NCBI GenBank assembly: GCA_028280415.1
Contig: JANQLV010000045.1
Span: 1-24,000 of the forward strand
From: Saprospiraceae bacterium
Lineage (GTDB): Bacteria > Bacteroidota > Bacteroidia > Chitinophagales > Saprospiraceae
DNA length: 24,000 nt
Direction of reading: 5' to 3'
Shown: in pieces, positions 22,560 to 24,000 of the stretch
Numbering within the stretch: the first letter of the stretch is position 1
How the letters are laid out: the number at the start of each line of letters is the position of its first letter
The notes under the pieces: generated by a model
Database searches by the model: none
Seen by the model: the letters and a program-made list of their open reading frames with translations, nothing else
What the model was told of the DNA's origin: nothing
Program-made: the position numbers and the translations under genes

Positions 22560-24000
22560 CTATAATTTATAAACAGCCAGGCAGTTACTTATTTTTTCTA
22601 AAAGATCATCCGGTCCAAATGGTTTGCCTACATGATCATTCATTCCAAATAACTTCGCTTTTTCTTTTTCTGTTAAAAAAGCTGAAGCCGTAAGAGCAAT
22701 GATCGGTACATCGCGTTTGCGAGGATCAGAAGACTTTCGAATCTCAGCAGTCGTACGGTAGCCATCCATATTAGGCATTTGTATATCCATCAATACCAGA
22801 TCAAAATATTGCTGGGAATAGGCATCCAGTGCTTCCAGTCCATCATCGGCAGTGACTACTTCCATGCCCAGTTTTCTCAACATTTTTGCTACTACTAATT
22901 GATTGATCTTGTTATCCTCAACCAGTAGCACTTTGTTGCCCACCAAATGGCTATAATCTTTAGGTTTGTTATCCGTTTTCTGTTTGCGATTACTCATATC
23001 TACGGCTTTATATGGAAGATAAACCGTAAAAATAGTCCCGCGTTCCGGTACACTGTCCACTTCGATACGTCCGTTTTGCAGATCGATTAAACGTTTCGTA
23101 ATTGCCAGCCCAAGTCCCGAAGAAGCATAACCTTCAAAAAGGTCTTCGTTGGAAGTACTGGAGAATTTGCGGAACATTTCATCAAGCTTCTGCGGATCAA
23201 TGCCTTTTCCGGTATCTTCTACCACGAGTTTAAGCGTAGCTTCATTTTTATTCAGCTCGTGTAACAAGATATCAACTTCGACTTTTCCTTCTCCTGTAAA
23301 CTTGATTGCATTACTAACCAGGTTCGTCAGGATTTGATTCATCCGAGCCGGATCACCGAGTAATATTTCAGGAATTTTCCTGTCAAAATTGCAATTGAAT
23401 TCGAGATTCTTATCATTAGAAGGTAATTCAAATCGTTTTTCGATTTCTTTTAGTATTTGTCGAGGCTCAAACTCCCGGCTTTCCAAAGTCAATTTACCTG
23501 CTTCGATTTTTGAGAAATCCAGTACATCATTAATAAATACTACAAGATTATTGGCTGAGAACTGAAGTGTACGAAGATGCTCTATCTGATCTTCTCTCGG
23601 GCTCTCGGAAAGTAATAAATGCGTTAATCCAATAATGATATTCATCGGTGTACGCATCTCGTGACTCATCGTTGCCAGGAAACGCTCCCGGGCGAAAGAG
23701 GATTGCTCGATAGATTCTCTTTCTGCCATTTCTTTGACCAGTTTCTGATTGAGTATATCCAAACTGGCATTCTTTTGATTCAGCTCTTCATTCTTCTCAT
23801 CAATCTCCGCTTTCTGGCGCTGGATTTCTTCATTTTTAGCCCTCAATAAATTATTATCCCGTTTTTTCAAACGATAACTATTATATAAAACACCAATCAG
23901 CAACAAACCCAAAGCAACTAAAGCCATCAGAAACTTACTGATTTTATTGCTAAAGGCCTGTTCTTGTTCCAAATCCGCAATTTTTTGCTTTTGCTTTTCA
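22560..24000 (-). CDS. Hybrid sensor histidine kinase / response regulator (TM, coiled-coil, HisKA, HATPase_c, REC), with its 5' end probably outside the window
   Basis: H-box 'LATMSHEMRTPMN', N-box 'LVSNAIKFT', G-boxes 'DTGKGI' and 'GLGLAI', and REC 'VLLVEDNKINQ...LVLMDIQMPNMDG...LTASA...KP'. The 23972 'start' in the ORF track is a TTG, and the frame stays open with no stop to position 24000. Confidence 0.9.
   Translation of the reverse strand, partial: EKQKQKIADLEQEQAFSNKISKFLMALVALGLLLIGVLYNSYRLKKRDNNLLRAKNEEIQRQKAEIDEKNEELNQKNASLDILNQKLVKEMAERESIEQSSFARERFLATMSHEMRTPMNIIIGLTHLLLSESPREDQIEHLRTLQFSANNLVVFINDVLDFSKIEAGKLTLESREFEPRQILKEIEKRFELPSNDKNLEFNCNFDRKIPEILLGDPARMNQILTNLVSNAIKFTGEGKVEVDILLHELNKNEATLKLVVEDTGKGIDPQKLDEMFRKFSSTSNEDLFEGYASSGLGLAITKRLIDLQNGRIEVDSVPERGTIFTVYLPYKAVDMSNRKQKTDNKPKDYSHLVGNKVLLVEDNKINQLVVAKMLRKLGMEVVTADDGLEALDAYSQQYFDLVLMDIQMPNMDGYRTTAEIRKSSDPRKRDVPIIALTASAFLTEKEKAKLFGMNDHVGKPFGPDDLLEKISNCLAVYKL

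Noticed and set aside
287-23849. Many 60-136 aa ORFs in the six-frame track that lie inside or antisense to the large genes. Examples are 287-502(-), 364-579(+), 1122-1412(-), 1822-2103(-), 3534-3881(-), 10504-10743(-), 14286-14612(-), 14913-15323(-), 16384-16653(+), 19631-19924(-), 21032-21361(-), 21162-21437(+) and 23149-23337(+).
   Set aside because: All of them overlap ORFs with clear conserved-domain signatures in another frame or strand. They have odd compositions and no motifs, so I treat them as non-coding shadows.

Overview
This is a chromosomal window that looks Bacteroidota-like. Two secreted proteins carry C-terminal T9SS-type sorting domains, Shine-Dalgarno sites are absent, and GlmM has the 'ALIKSISGIRG' type N-terminus. 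About 20 genes are recognisable. Most are housekeeping or transport: trkA/trkH potassium uptake, a ZIP metal transporter, a PAP2 phosphatase, glmM, a NifS/IscS-type cysteine desulfurase, dapB, a DEAD-box helicase, a membrane fatty-acid desaturase, an EEP-family hydrolase and a hybrid sensor kinase cut by the window edge. The stand-out is a compact same-strand seven-gene cluster at 5952-9024. It encodes four small paralogous proteins (74, 89, 90 and 89 aa) with the N-terminal signature of the RebB / 'killing trait' family, the structural subunits of R-bodies (pH-triggered extendable protein ribbons). Three unrecognisable genes are interleaved with them: an Ala/Gln-rich 127 aa protein, a 326 aa protein with two C-terminal TM helices and a poly-Asn tail, and a 125 aa CxxC plus coiled-coil protein. 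The cluster ends at a perfect 15-bp-stem hairpin and faces an orphan NarL/LuxR-type response regulator. To my knowledge R-bodies have been studied experimentally only in Proteobacteria, so this locus and its three unknown partner genes are the best candidate for an undescribed system. Other notable items are a (CGAGGTT)n heptanucleotide tandem repeat truncated by the left edge, a large Pmp-like parallel beta-helix T9SS cargo protein, and a T9SS-tagged Endonuclease I. No tRNA, rRNA, CRISPR, transposase or integrase was seen.
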